A stretch of DNA of 64,000 bases from an uncultured Acidobacteriaceae bacterium (GTDB lineage: Bacteria; Acidobacteriota; Terriglobia; Terriglobales; Acidobacteriaceae). The translations under genes and the position numbers were made by a program. The stretch is taken from the NCBI GenBank assembly GCA_963702325.1, contig CAVPCG010000025.1, positions 36,124 to 100,123 of the forward strand, in the 5' to 3' direction. The notes beneath the pieces were generated by a model. That model was not told the origin of the DNA and made no database searches. It worked only from the letters and a program-made list of their open reading frames with translations. This document shows positions 47,589-57,036 of the stretch, piece by piece (the stretch's first letter is position 1; each line of letters begins with the position of its first letter).

Positions 47589-47672
47589 AAAAACTTAACG
47601 GAGCCCACTTCGACAGCAAATTTAGCGACACTAGATTTATTCAGCACCAATTTATTCAGCATTGAATTCCTT

Positions 47673-48632
47673 ATGCTTTCACGAGTCGCAGAGAGTCTGT
47701 ACTGGATGAGCCGTTATCTGGAACGCGCCCAGCATACGGCGCGCCTGATTGACGTGGATCTGCAACTGCGCCTGGACCAATCGCTTGAATCGAGCACGGG
47801 GCGGTGGTTGCGGCTAGTCGAGGCCTTACACGTCCCGGCTCTGCTTGCGGGCAACGTAGATGCGACGCGCCTGGCGCACACTTTGACTTTCAACCGGACG
47901 AATCCCTCGTCCATCGTTTCTTGTATTGCGTCGGCAAGAGAAAATCTTCGACATGTGCGGGAGCAGTCGAGTTCCGAGATGTGGGAGCAGTTGAACCGGC
48001 TGTATCTGCAAATGACGGGGAGTCCGGCGGAAGATGAATGGGTTTTGCGATCTCATATTCTGTTTCGCGCGGTGCAGGATGGCGCGCACCTTTTTCAGGG
48101 CATCACGGATTCGACGATGTCTCACGGTGAAGGATGGCAGTACATCCAACTGGGGCGATTTGTAGAGCGGACGGATGCGGTCGCAGCGCTGGTGGCCACG
48201 CATTTCAGCCGCCTGTCGCATCCGGCAAATCAGCCGGTGGAGGGCGCGGATTATCTGGACTGGGTGGGATTGTTGAAGTGCTGTGCGGCATTTGAGGCTT
48301 ACTGCAAAGCCTATTCCGCCGAGCTTCGGCCGATTCGCGTGGCGGAATTTTTGCTGCTGAATTCCGAGTTTCCGCATTCGATTCGCTTTTCGGTTGAGAG
48401 CCTGCATGCCGGCCTCGGCCGCATTGGCGAGCTTACGGAACGGAAAGTAACCCAGCCGGTGCGCATCGCGGGGCGAATGAGGGCGGCTTTGAGCTTCAGT
48501 CAAATTGAGGAAATTATGGCGGAAGGAGTGCACTTGTATATGGAAAACATTCGCGGTCAATGCACGCAAGCCCACGCCGCCATTCAGCAGATTTATTTCG
48601 ATTATCCGGTGGAAAGCGCTTTGGCAAGTTAA
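47673..48632 (+). CDS. alpha-E domain protein
   Basis: MLSRVAESLYWMSRYLERAQHTARLIDV is the hallmark alpha-E N-terminus. ATG 47673 lies within track ORF 47526..48632. Confidence 0.8.
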   Translation: MLSRVAESLYWMSRYLERAQHTARLIDVDLQLRLDQSLESSTGRWLRLVEALHVPALLAGNVDATRLAHTLTFNRTNPSSIVSCIASARENLRHVREQSSSEMWEQLNRLYLQMTGSPAEDEWVLRSHILFRAVQDGAHLFQGITDSTMSHGEGWQYIQLGRFVERTDAVAALVATHFSRLSHPANQPVEGADYLDWVGLLKCCAAFEAYCKAYSAELRPIRVAEFLLLNSEFPHSIRFSVESLHAGLGRIGELTERKVTQPVRIAGRMRAALSFSQIEEIMAEGVHLYMENIRGQCTQAHAAIQQIYFDYPVESALAS

Positions 48633-48660
48633 TCGTTGGCAAGTTAGCAGGGAGAACAAT

Positions 48661-49611
48661 TTGGTTTATTCGATCCGACACGTTACCAGCTTTGTGTATG
48701 AGCCGGCCATCCGCGAGAGCGTGATGGAAGTGAGAGTACAACCGCGCAACGAAGCGCGGCAACGATGCCTGACATTCTCTTTGGATATCAGTCCGCGGGC
48801 GAACATCATGACGTATCGTGATTTTCTTGGAAACACGGTACATCACTTTGATATTCCGGGACGGCATAGCCAATTCAAGGTGACCGCGCAGGCGCTCGTA
48901 GATGTCCAGGCTGTTCCTGCGCCAACGCTGGATGCGGTCGGAAGTTGGGCGGATCTGGATGCCGCGGTTGATGGCGGCGACTTTTCGGAAATGTTGCTGC
49001 CAAGTCTGTTTGCTCAATCAACGGAACTGTTGCGGGAGTTGAGCGCGGAGCTAAGGTGGGAGCGGAGTGGGAATCCTTTGGAGAGAATGCTGGAATTGAA
49101 TCATGCGATTTATGGCGCATTCGACTATGTTCAAAATGTGACGAATGTTGATTCTCCGATTGATGACGCTTTGAGAGATCGCAAGGGAGTGTGCCAGGAT
49201 CTTTCGCACATCATGATTGCGATGGTGAGGGAGCTGGGAGTTCCATGCCGTTATGTGAGTGGATATCTTTGCCAACGGGACGGTGCTCATGACCGGTCCG
49301 CGGATGGGGCGACCCACGCATGGTTGGAGGCGTTTTTGCCGGGGGCGGGATGGGTTTCTTTTGATCCGACGAACGATCTGGTGGGCGGCGAACGACACAT
49401 TCGCGTGGCGATTGGACGGGATTATGCGGATGTGCCTCCGACACGCGGAGTTTACAAGGGGGATGCGGAAAGCGAGTTGAGCGTGGCAGTGATGGTGAGG
49501 CCTGCGGAGGCTCCGTCCCCGGAGGAGATAGTTCCGACTACGGTGCTTCGCACGCGATCTCCAAACCGCGGCGGATGGGAACAATTTCAACACGAGCAGC
49601 AACAGCAGTGA
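48661..49611 (+). CDS. transglutaminase-family protein (N-terminal Bact_transglu_N-type region + Cys-His-Asp core)
   Basis: TTG 48661 follows AGGGAG (LVYSIRHVTSFVYEP...). Core GVCQDLSHIMIAMVRELGVPCRYVSGY, THAWLEAF and SFDPTN. Confidence 0.75.
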   Translation: MVYSIRHVTSFVYEPAIRESVMEVRVQPRNEARQRCLTFSLDISPRANIMTYRDFLGNTVHHFDIPGRHSQFKVTAQALVDVQAVPAPTLDAVGSWADLDAAVDGGDFSEMLLPSLFAQSTELLRELSAELRWERSGNPLERMLELNHAIYGAFDYVQNVTNVDSPIDDALRDRKGVCQDLSHIMIAMVRELGVPCRYVSGYLCQRDGAHDRSADGATHAWLEAFLPGAGWVSFDPTNDLVGGERHIRVAIGRDYADVPPTRGVYKGDAESELSVAVMVRPAEAPSPEEIVPTTVLRTRSPNRGGWEQFQHEQQQQ

Positions 49612-49703
49612 GTCCTCGCAGGACGGCCGTCTCTCTATTGAATTCTGATTGGGCGCGAAAGCTGCTTATGCAATAATTTCTGCGTCCGTAGAAGAGGGAA
49701 ACA

Positions 49704-50120
49704 TTGCGGTTTCTGGATCGGCTTCAACCATTCGCGCTGTTTGTGCTGCGCCTTGTGCTGGGCGTGATTATGATTGCCCACGGCTCGGGCAAGGTGTTTG
49801 GGGGGCTATCCCATCATGTGCAAATGGTGAGCGGCTTGGGGTTGCCGGGATGGCTGGCATATTTTTCGGCGGCGGCGGAATTTTTTGGCGGGATTCTGGT
49901 GATTGCGGGCTTCTTGACCCGGTTTGCGGCACTGGCGATTTTAGTAGATATGGCGGTCGCGATTTGGAAAGTTCATTGGAAGAACGGACTCATGGGCGAT
50001 CATGGATATCAGTTTCCGCTGGCCGTGGCGGCCATTGCGTTTGCGCTGATCTTTTTTGGGGCGGGTCCGATTTCGTTTGATAGTCTTCGCGGCGGAGGAC
50101 GGTTGTCGGGGAAGAAGTAG
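49704..50120 (+). CDS. DoxX-family membrane protein
   Basis: LFVLRLVLGVIMIAHGSGKVFGG. Four TM helices, 138 aa. Confidence 0.75.
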   Translation: MRFLDRLQPFALFVLRLVLGVIMIAHGSGKVFGGLSHHVQMVSGLGLPGWLAYFSAAAEFFGGILVIAGFLTRFAALAILVDMAVAIWKVHWKNGLMGDHGYQFPLAVAAIAFALIFFGAGPISFDSLRGGGRLSGKK

Positions 50121-50138
50121 GCGAACGCCCTCTACAGG

Positions 50139-50177
50139 CTCCCATGTCTCGCAACGGCGGCGAGACATGGGGCACCC
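50139..50177 (-). repeat. REP-like family A core (inverse orientation) just after the DoxX stop
   Basis: CTCCCATGTCTCGCAACGGCGGCGAGACATGGGGCACCC. Confidence 0.6.
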
Positions 50178-50235
50178 TACGTGTTAAGTGGAATCAACAA
50201 TTCCAAGATCGGGAATCCCCTCGGAGCATTCCCTG

Positions 50236-51236
50236 CTAGTTTGTTTTCGCCCACCAGCCTAGAACTTTTTGCTTTCGGTCGAACATTTTTTTGGCTTCGC
50301 CGCGGAGTTTCGAAATTAATTCGTAGCGGGATTTGGTGAACCAAGGGACTTGATGTGGCGTGCATCCATATTTTTCTTTGTATGCGCCTTCACCGCCCCA
50401 ATCGTAAACTGCAACGCCTCGCCGCTTCCAATAGCGCATCGCGTACCAGTGGATGAGTTCGTTTGGGCGAAGATTCTGGCTGGAACGGAAGCTGGCGTTT
50501 CCCAGAATTCAGCGATTTTGTTGAAGCCCGGAAAGATGCCGCTGGCTATGCACTTCCCTTCAGAATCGCGCGCCCGCAGCAATAAAATCCGGCCTGTCGG
50601 CTCGAGATTCCGAACTAAGGCCCGGACCCGCTCCACATCATATGTAGGGACCAATTCCTGCTTCGCGAATACGTCTTTCAGCTGTTCATGGTATTCGTCA
50701 GCGAATGCCAGGTCGTGGGCTTCTTCGATTGCGACGCCGCTTTTTTCTGCTTTGCGGATGCAGCGGCGGCAGGCACTGTCCATTCCATCGAAGAGCTCTT
50801 CTTCTGACTTGGTGAGATCCGTGCGATAAGACGCGTAGGAACTGCATGTGAAACCCAAGTCTTTGCCGTCTTCGACGGTGAAATTGGGATCGGAGACTTC
50901 CATGTGCAGACACTTCAGTTCATCCCACGCGAATTGTTCAAGGGCCGCTAAAGCATCCCTGCGAGAGGCGCCGGGAACCATATTGAAACCGATGTAAGGG
51001 GTGGTCCATCCGGGGAATGAACTGCCGAGGATTTTCACGCCGAGCCGGTTGAATACTAATCCGGTGAAATATCCAGCGATGTCCTTGGCCTCGTGCAATT
51101 CCACGAGGAGAGGAGTGGCAATCTGGGTTTGGCTGATGAAATCTATCCACTCGCGCGTCTGGAATACGGTGCGGTCGTGAAATTTGTCCAGCGATTCCCA
51201 ATTGGCAGCATCGAAATTGACAGTCTTGCACTTCAT
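50236..51236 (-). CDS. FemAB-like / GNAT-fold acyltransferase of PEP-CTERM-type EPS loci, apparent 1-nt frameshift near 50502
   Basis: Track ORFs 50316..51236 (…FPGFNKIAEFW) and 50236..50439 (MRYWKRRGVAVYDWGGEGAYKEKYG…) join as AEFWGNASFRSSQNLRPNELIHWYAMRYW if one G is restored in the GGG run. Confidence 0.65.
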
Positions 51237-51411
51237 TAAAAATTACGAGTACGCGGGCGGAAGACAATCATTTTTGAGGATTCATATTCAGTTTAGCCCA
51301 GATAATCTACGCACAATAAGGTGAGGCCAAAACAGTTGTTACCCGCGTAACCTGAAAAGTCATATGCGGAATGCCATGACCGAGGACTATTAGCATTTAG
51401 GATTAGCTGGA

Positions 51412-53781
51412 ATGAAAAGGTTTGCCGAAGCCTGGTCGCGCATTACGCAGATGAACTGGGATGAGCGACGAACCCGGATCGCTCAGGAGATCCATAAGAG
51501 AGTTGACCTCGGCTGGTATCGGGTGGGCGTGGGGCCACTGGGAAACAGGGTAAAGGATATTGTTCCAGCGAGCGGCGAGTTCTTTTTCTCACATGCTGAG
51601 TTGGCGGAGCGAGTTGTGCTTTTCAAAGAGCGGGCGGGCGCGGACGCAGACAACGCTATTCGAGAGGCCGACAAGATTTGCCGTCACCGATTCGATCTCC
51701 TGGGCTATGAAGATCTCGATTACGGAACTGATATTGATTGGCATCTCGATGCGGTGCACGGGAAATGCGCGCCGATGAAGCCGTGGTACAAGATTGATTT
51801 TTTGGATTTCGAGCGCGTGGGAGATCACAAAGTTATTTGGGAGTTGAACCGGCATCAGCATCTTGTAACGCTGGCGAAGGCGTGGTGGCTTACGGGGGAC
51901 AAGCAATACATAACTGAACTGCGAGGCCAGTGGACTTCATGGCAGCGGGCGAATCCTTATCCGATCGGAGTGAATTGGGCCAGCAGTCTGGAGGTTGCGT
52001 TTCGTAGTTTGTCGTGGGTGTGGATATTGGCGCTGCTTCCGGAAGGCGTAGCCGGCTCGGACTTTCGGAAAAACATGATTCGCGATTTGGCGATCCATGG
52101 ACGCCACATTGAACGCAACTTGTCCACATATTTTTCTCCCAATACCCATCTGCTAGGGGAGGCGGTTGGCCTGTTCTTCATTGGGGTGATGTGTCCTGAG
52201 ATTGCAGGTGCGGGACGCTGGCGCAGGAATGGATGGCGCATTTTACTCGAAGAGACTCAGCGGCAAGTTCGCCCGGACGGCGTCTATTTCGAACAATCGC
52301 TTTACTACCACGTTTATGCGCTAGATTTCTTTTTGCATGCCCGAATTCTGGCAGAACGGAACGGGATAGATATTCCCGTAGATTTTGATTTGATCTTGAA
52401 CCGAATGCTGGACGTTGTCTCCTCGGTATCACAGGCCGGAGTGGCGGAAGGATTTGGGGACGATGATGGCGGACGAGTCTTTAATCCGCGGCGAAATCGA
52501 AGCGAGCATCTCACTGATCCCCTGACGCTGGGAGCGATATTGTTTCTACGCGAAGATTTGAAATCTGCGACTTCGCCGACAGAGGAAGCAGTCTGGCTTT
52601 TCGGGAAGAGTGCACTTTCTTACTTCGATTTGCCTGCAAATAGTCCTGCGAAGGGTCCCACGAAAGTTGGATCAACATCGTTCAACGCGGGCGGACTCTA
52701 CGTAATGGCCAGTAATAAGAAAAACCTGCTGCAAATGATCATTGACGCCGGCCCGCAAGGCACTGGACGCAGCGGTCATGGCCACGCTGACGCTCTCAGC
52801 GTCAGCGTCGCGATGGATGGACGACGCTGGCTGATTGATCCCGGCACATATTGTTATATGTGCGATGAACGCGACCGCTTCCGAGGGACAGGAGCACACA
52901 ACACGCTGAGCGTGGATGGGCTTGATCAGGCAGTTCCAGACGGGCCTTTCGCGTGGACATCAATTCCTGATGTTCATTGCGAGCGATGGATCGCGGGCAA
53001 GACTTTTACGCTATTTGAGGGCAACCATACCGGGTATATGCGCCTCGCCGATCCCGTGCTGCATCGGCGTTGCATCTTTTATCTTCACGACGCATTTTGG
53101 ATTATTCGAGATGTTGTGGAGGGGCGCGAAGAACACCGACTCGAAATCAATTGGCATTTTGCTCCGCATGTTGTGATAGAGAAGGCGGGCCATGGCTTTG
53201 TTGCGAGGGCGACACAGGCGCCGCTCGCGGGCGAAGGCGGATTCGCGTTGCGTCCCGTGGAGGAGGCTGGCTGGACTCATACGATCGAATCTGACTCGAC
53301 GTCTCCTGCATATGGGAGAAAAGATTCGACATTGACTGTGCGTTCGAGCGGTCGCCTGAGACTTCCAGTGAATCACGCGACTATGTTGTTGCCGTTCGCG
53401 ACGCCGGAAGCAGTTGGAAGGCTTTCGCGCGTAAAAGAATTCGGAAAGGCGACCTCGCATTTGTCGGTTTATTGCTACGAGGATCGCGATGCGAAACACT
53501 ATATGATTTTTGCCGATCCTCAGACAGAAACATGGACATGGAATGAGTGGACGAGCGACGCCAGATTTTTATACTTCAACGTCGAAGACGGACTTATTGG
53601 GCACTTCATTTTTTCTGAAGCCCGTGAAGTGAAGCTGAATGGAATCCGAGTGGCTCGTCACTCTGAGAAGATTGAGCGCTTCGAGTGGAATAGGAAAACG
53701 AGAGAGATTTTCTCGTCCGACGATTCTGCGGTGAATTCGATTTCCATCAACGCGCTGGAGTCGTTTAGACCATCCAGCTAA
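51412..53781 (+). CDS. heparinase II/III-family protein (alginate-lyase-like N-domain + Hepar_II_III domain)
   Basis: …VIWELNRHQHLVTLAKAW…NWASSLEVAFRSLSWVW… and …GHGHADALSVSVAMDGRRWLIDPGTY…GTGAHNTLSVDG…. Confidence 0.75.
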   Translation: MKRFAEAWSRITQMNWDERRTRIAQEIHKRVDLGWYRVGVGPLGNRVKDIVPASGEFFFSHAELAERVVLFKERAGADADNAIREADKICRHRFDLLGYEDLDYGTDIDWHLDAVHGKCAPMKPWYKIDFLDFERVGDHKVIWELNRHQHLVTLAKAWWLTGDKQYITELRGQWTSWQRANPYPIGVNWASSLEVAFRSLSWVWILALLPEGVAGSDFRKNMIRDLAIHGRHIERNLSTYFSPNTHLLGEAVGLFFIGVMCPEIAGAGRWRRNGWRILLEETQRQVRPDGVYFEQSLYYHVYALDFFLHARILAERNGIDIPVDFDLILNRMLDVVSSVSQAGVAEGFGDDDGGRVFNPRRNRSEHLTDPLTLGAILFLREDLKSATSPTEEAVWLFGKSALSYFDLPANSPAKGPTKVGSTSFNAGGLYVMASNKKNLLQMIIDAGPQGTGRSGHGHADALSVSVAMDGRRWLIDPGTYCYMCDERDRFRGTGAHNTLSVDGLDQAVPDGPFAWTSIPDVHCERWIAGKTFTLFEGNHTGYMRLADPVLHRRCIFYLHDAFWIIRDVVEGREEHRLEINWHFAPHVVIEKAGHGFVARATQAPLAGEGGFALRPVEEAGWTHTIESDSTSPAYGRKDSTLTVRSSGRLRLPVNHATMLLPFATPEAVGRLSRVKEFGKATSHLSVYCYEDRDAKHYMIFADPQTETWTWNEWTSDARFLYFNVEDGLIGHFIFSEAREVKLNGIRVARHSEKIERFEWNRKTREIFSSDDSAVNSISINALESFRPSS

Positions 53782-53809
53782 CTGTAGCCAAGGTTGATCA
53801 GGACACAAA

Positions 53810-55762
53810 ATGTGCGGGATTGCGGGAGTAGTCGAGTTCGGCGGGCGCACCGAGGTTGATCCTCAAGTGCTTCGACGGATGTGCGCCGCGATGGTGCACC
53901 GCGGCCCTGACGACGAAGGCATTCACGCCGAAGGCCGGATTGGGCTGGCGATGCGGCGGCTCAGCATTATAGACGTCGCGGCCGGGCATCAGCCCCTTAG
54001 CAACGAGGATGGCACAGTTTGGATCGTCTTCAACGGCGAAATTTACAATCATGCAATTTTGCGCGAGCAATTGCTCGCACGAGGACATCAATACCGCACG
54101 CATTGCGATACCGAAACAATTGTTCACCTCTATGAAGAGTATGGACGCGATTGCGTGCAACATTTGCGGGGGATGTTCGCATTCGCGATTTGGGATTCGA
54201 ACCGGCGAAGCTTATTCGTGGCGCGTGACCGGTTGGGAATCAAGCCGCTCTATTACCGTTTGGCCCCTGACTCATTTCTCTTTGGTTCCGAAATAAAGGT
54301 TATTCTCGCGCATCCCGCGGCGGAGGCCAAGTTTCGCCGAGCGGCGCTTCCCGAATATCTGGCCTTTGGATATCTCTCCGGGCGGGAGACTTTCTACGAC
54401 GGGATCCTCAAGCTCATGCCGGGACACACGCTTGAACTCAGCGAAAACGGCGAGGTCAAAATAGAGCGGTATTGGGATTTGCGACTGACCGGGGATGTTC
54501 CTTCTTATTCCGAAGACGACTACGTCCGGAAATATCGCGAGATGCTGGAGGAGGCCGTCAGCAGCCAGCTGATGAGCGATGTGCCGTTAGGAGTGTTTCT
54601 GAGCGGCGGCCTGGATTCGAGCGCGGTTGCCGCGCTGATGACAAAAATACGGCGCGCGCCTGTCGAAACATTTTCGGTTGGGTATTCGGAACACGCATAC
54701 AGCGAACTGCCCTACGCTCGAACGGTGGCGAAGCACTTGAATTCGAATCACCATGAAGTCTCGGTAAGCCGTGAGGATTTTTTCGGCGCGCTACCCAACC
54801 TGATATGGCACGAGGATGAACCCATCACGTGGCCATCGAGCGTGGCACTGTATTTCGTTGCGAGACTGGCGAGCGAGCATGTGAAGGTTGTGCTAACGGG
54901 AGAAGGCAGCGATGAAACTCTCGGAGGCTACACGCGGTATGCGTTTACACGGCGGAATGCTGCGTTTGACCGCGTATATCGAAAACTGCTGCCGGCAAAT
55001 TTGCGGAAACAGATTCGTAAATCAATCTCGAATTCGGATCTAATCGGCGCCACGGTTCGGAGAAAACTTTCGCATACTTTCCTGGCGTTGGATGGAGACT
55101 CGTGGCCGTCGTTTTATTTCGATAACTTTTATTCAGCTTTTGACTCCGGGGAACAGAGGGAACTGCTTACCGAAGAGTTCACCGGAGAACTTTCTGAGGG
55201 CGCAGCTTATCGCAACGTTCTCAAGGATTGGGAAGCTTCCTCGGGCGACATGCTGCAACGACTGCTTTACACGGACATCAAAACTTATCTTGTCGAACTG
55301 CTGATGAAACAGGACAACATGAGCATGGCGGCTTCCATCGAGAGCCGCGTGCCGTTCCTTGATCATGTTCTTGTAGAATTCGCCGCCAATATTCCTGCGA
55401 AATTCCAACTCCGGGGCATGGCGGGGAAACATATATTGAAAAAAGCTGTCGAGGACTTGCTGCCACATTCGATTATTTACCGTCCGAAGCTGGGTTTTCC
55501 AACGCCCTGGAGTGGATGGCTAGCCGGAGAGCAGTTGGATGCTATTGAGAAGATGCTTTTGGAACCGCGCAGCATGAACCGTGGATTCTTTGAGAGAGAC
55601 GCCATCGAGCGATTGTTTCGGGAACACCGGACACGACGACGGGACAACTATGATCGCATCTGGCGATTGCTGAATTTGGAATTGTGGCAGCGAGTTTGCG
55701 TGGAGAGGGACTCGCATGATTTTGCAGTTGAGACGGCAGTTATTTCCGTCCGCAATATTTAA
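53810..55762 (+). CDS. asnB: asparagine synthase (glutamine-hydrolysing), EPS-locus-type amidotransferase
   Basis: N-terminal nucleophile MCGIAG, the GATase II domain and the PP-loop SGGLDSS. 650 aa. Confidence 0.85.
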   Translation: MCGIAGVVEFGGRTEVDPQVLRRMCAAMVHRGPDDEGIHAEGRIGLAMRRLSIIDVAAGHQPLSNEDGTVWIVFNGEIYNHAILREQLLARGHQYRTHCDTETIVHLYEEYGRDCVQHLRGMFAFAIWDSNRRSLFVARDRLGIKPLYYRLAPDSFLFGSEIKVILAHPAAEAKFRRAALPEYLAFGYLSGRETFYDGILKLMPGHTLELSENGEVKIERYWDLRLTGDVPSYSEDDYVRKYREMLEEAVSSQLMSDVPLGVFLSGGLDSSAVAALMTKIRRAPVETFSVGYSEHAYSELPYARTVAKHLNSNHHEVSVSREDFFGALPNLIWHEDEPITWPSSVALYFVARLASEHVKVVLTGEGSDETLGGYTRYAFTRRNAAFDRVYRKLLPANLRKQIRKSISNSDLIGATVRRKLSHTFLALDGDSWPSFYFDNFYSAFDSGEQRELLTEEFTGELSEGAAYRNVLKDWEASSGDMLQRLLYTDIKTYLVELLMKQDNMSMAASIESRVPFLDHVLVEFAANIPAKFQLRGMAGKHILKKAVEDLLPHSIIYRPKLGFPTPWSGWLAGEQLDAIEKMLLEPRSMNRGFFERDAIERLFREHRTRRRDNYDRIWRLLNLELWQRVCVERDSHDFAVETAVISVRNI

Positions 55763-56964
55763 TTGGGCTGCTGTGTTTTTCTCGCCGATTCCAATACTTC
55801 ACCGAATTTTTTCGCAATGACAGACCAATCATATTTCCTGGCCGTTTCGGAGGCGGCATGCTCGTAACGCTGTCGAAGGTCAGGGTCTTTTAGAAAAGAT
55901 ACAACGGCATTGGCAAACTCACGTGGATCGTCCGCAATCACAATATCGCGGCCCGGGGAGATATCTAAACCTTCAGCGCCGACGGTGGTGGAGACGACGG
56001 CTTTGCCGGCGGCCATGGCTTCATAAATTTTCAAGCGTGTTCCTCCGCCGACGCGCAATGGGACGATCACGACGGCTGCTTTTTGCAGGTAGTCCGCCAC
56101 GGATTCGACGCGGCCGGTGATTTCAATTGAATTGGAAGCCAACTTCCGCACACGGCGATCTGGATTGCGGCCTACGATGCAGAATTGGGCGCCAGGAACG
56201 GCGGCCACGATTGTGTTCCAGATCTCGCCGGCAAAAACTTCCACGGCGTCAATATTCGGCTCCCAATCCATCGCGCCGACGAACATCACTATCGGGGCGG
56301 TATTCCGATGATCCGAGGTGGGCTGATACTGTTTTACGTCAACACCCGTCGGCACGACCGTGATACCGGAGGAGGTCCATGCTCGCATGAGGTCTCGGTC
56401 GTGATCCGAAACGGTAATGACGTGCTGAAACTTTCGAAGGGCGTTTTGCTCATAGCGCAGCATTTTTTGGAATTCAAACTTATAAATGAGGCGCTTGACG
56501 GGATTGGTCTCTGTTGCGGCGTGACGCCGCCAAATCTCGCTTTCCACGTTGTGCTGGAAGAGAACCGCCGGAACCGCCATCTGGTGCGGCAGATTTATCG
56601 CAGCATCGAGGAAGTCGGCGATGACTACGTCGAAAGAGCCAGTCTCCAAAAGAGCATTTATTTTTGCTTTCACGAGTGGCGAGGCGAATCTGCTCACGGC
56701 GTAGGGTGCTGGCGAGGACAATTTGAGCAAGTAATCTGACATGCGCGAAATGAAGGTCGCGCTTTTGCCGGTGTGCAGGGCAGTCGAGGACGGAAAATAA
56801 TTGCTTAATTCGGCAGCATATGTTTTGTCTTCCGCGCCGTCGTAGTACGAGAGAAATGTAACGTCATTGCCGGAAGATAAGTGTTTCAGGATTTGAAATG
56901 AGCGGATGTCTCCTCCGCTGTGGAGGGGCAGGAGCTTGTTAGCCTTGATCCAAAGAATCTTCAT
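55759..56964 (-). CDS. glycosyltransferase family 4 (GT-B fold)
   Basis: C-terminal half with GGTRLKIYEAMAAGKAVVST (EX7E-type motif). 401 aa. Confidence 0.8.
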   Translation of the reverse strand: MKILWIKANKLLPLHSGGDIRSFQILKHLSSGNDVTFLSYYDGAEDKTYAAELSNYFPSSTALHTGKSATFISRMSDYLLKLSSPAPYAVSRFASPLVKAKINALLETGSFDVVIADFLDAAINLPHQMAVPAVLFQHNVESEIWRRHAATETNPVKRLIYKFEFQKMLRYEQNALRKFQHVITVSDHDRDLMRAWTSSGITVVPTGVDVKQYQPTSDHRNTAPIVMFVGAMDWEPNIDAVEVFAGEIWNTIVAAVPGAQFCIVGRNPDRRVRKLASNSIEITGRVESVADYLQKAAVVIVPLRVGGGTRLKIYEAMAAGKAVVSTTVGAEGLDISPGRDIVIADDPREFANAVVSFLKDPDLRQRYEHAASETARKYDWSVIAKKFGEVLESARKTQQPN

Positions 56965-57036
56965 CGTCTCGACGGATCCCAGTCAGAGGGCGGCCTGCGA
57001 AGGCTTACAGGTAATGCGATCCAGGCCCGATTTGTT

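Noticed and set aside
47826-49602. Minus-strand ORFs 47826..48659 (277 aa) and 49051..49602 (183 aa)
   Set aside because: They are antisense to the alpha-E and transglutaminase genes, which have clear family motifs.
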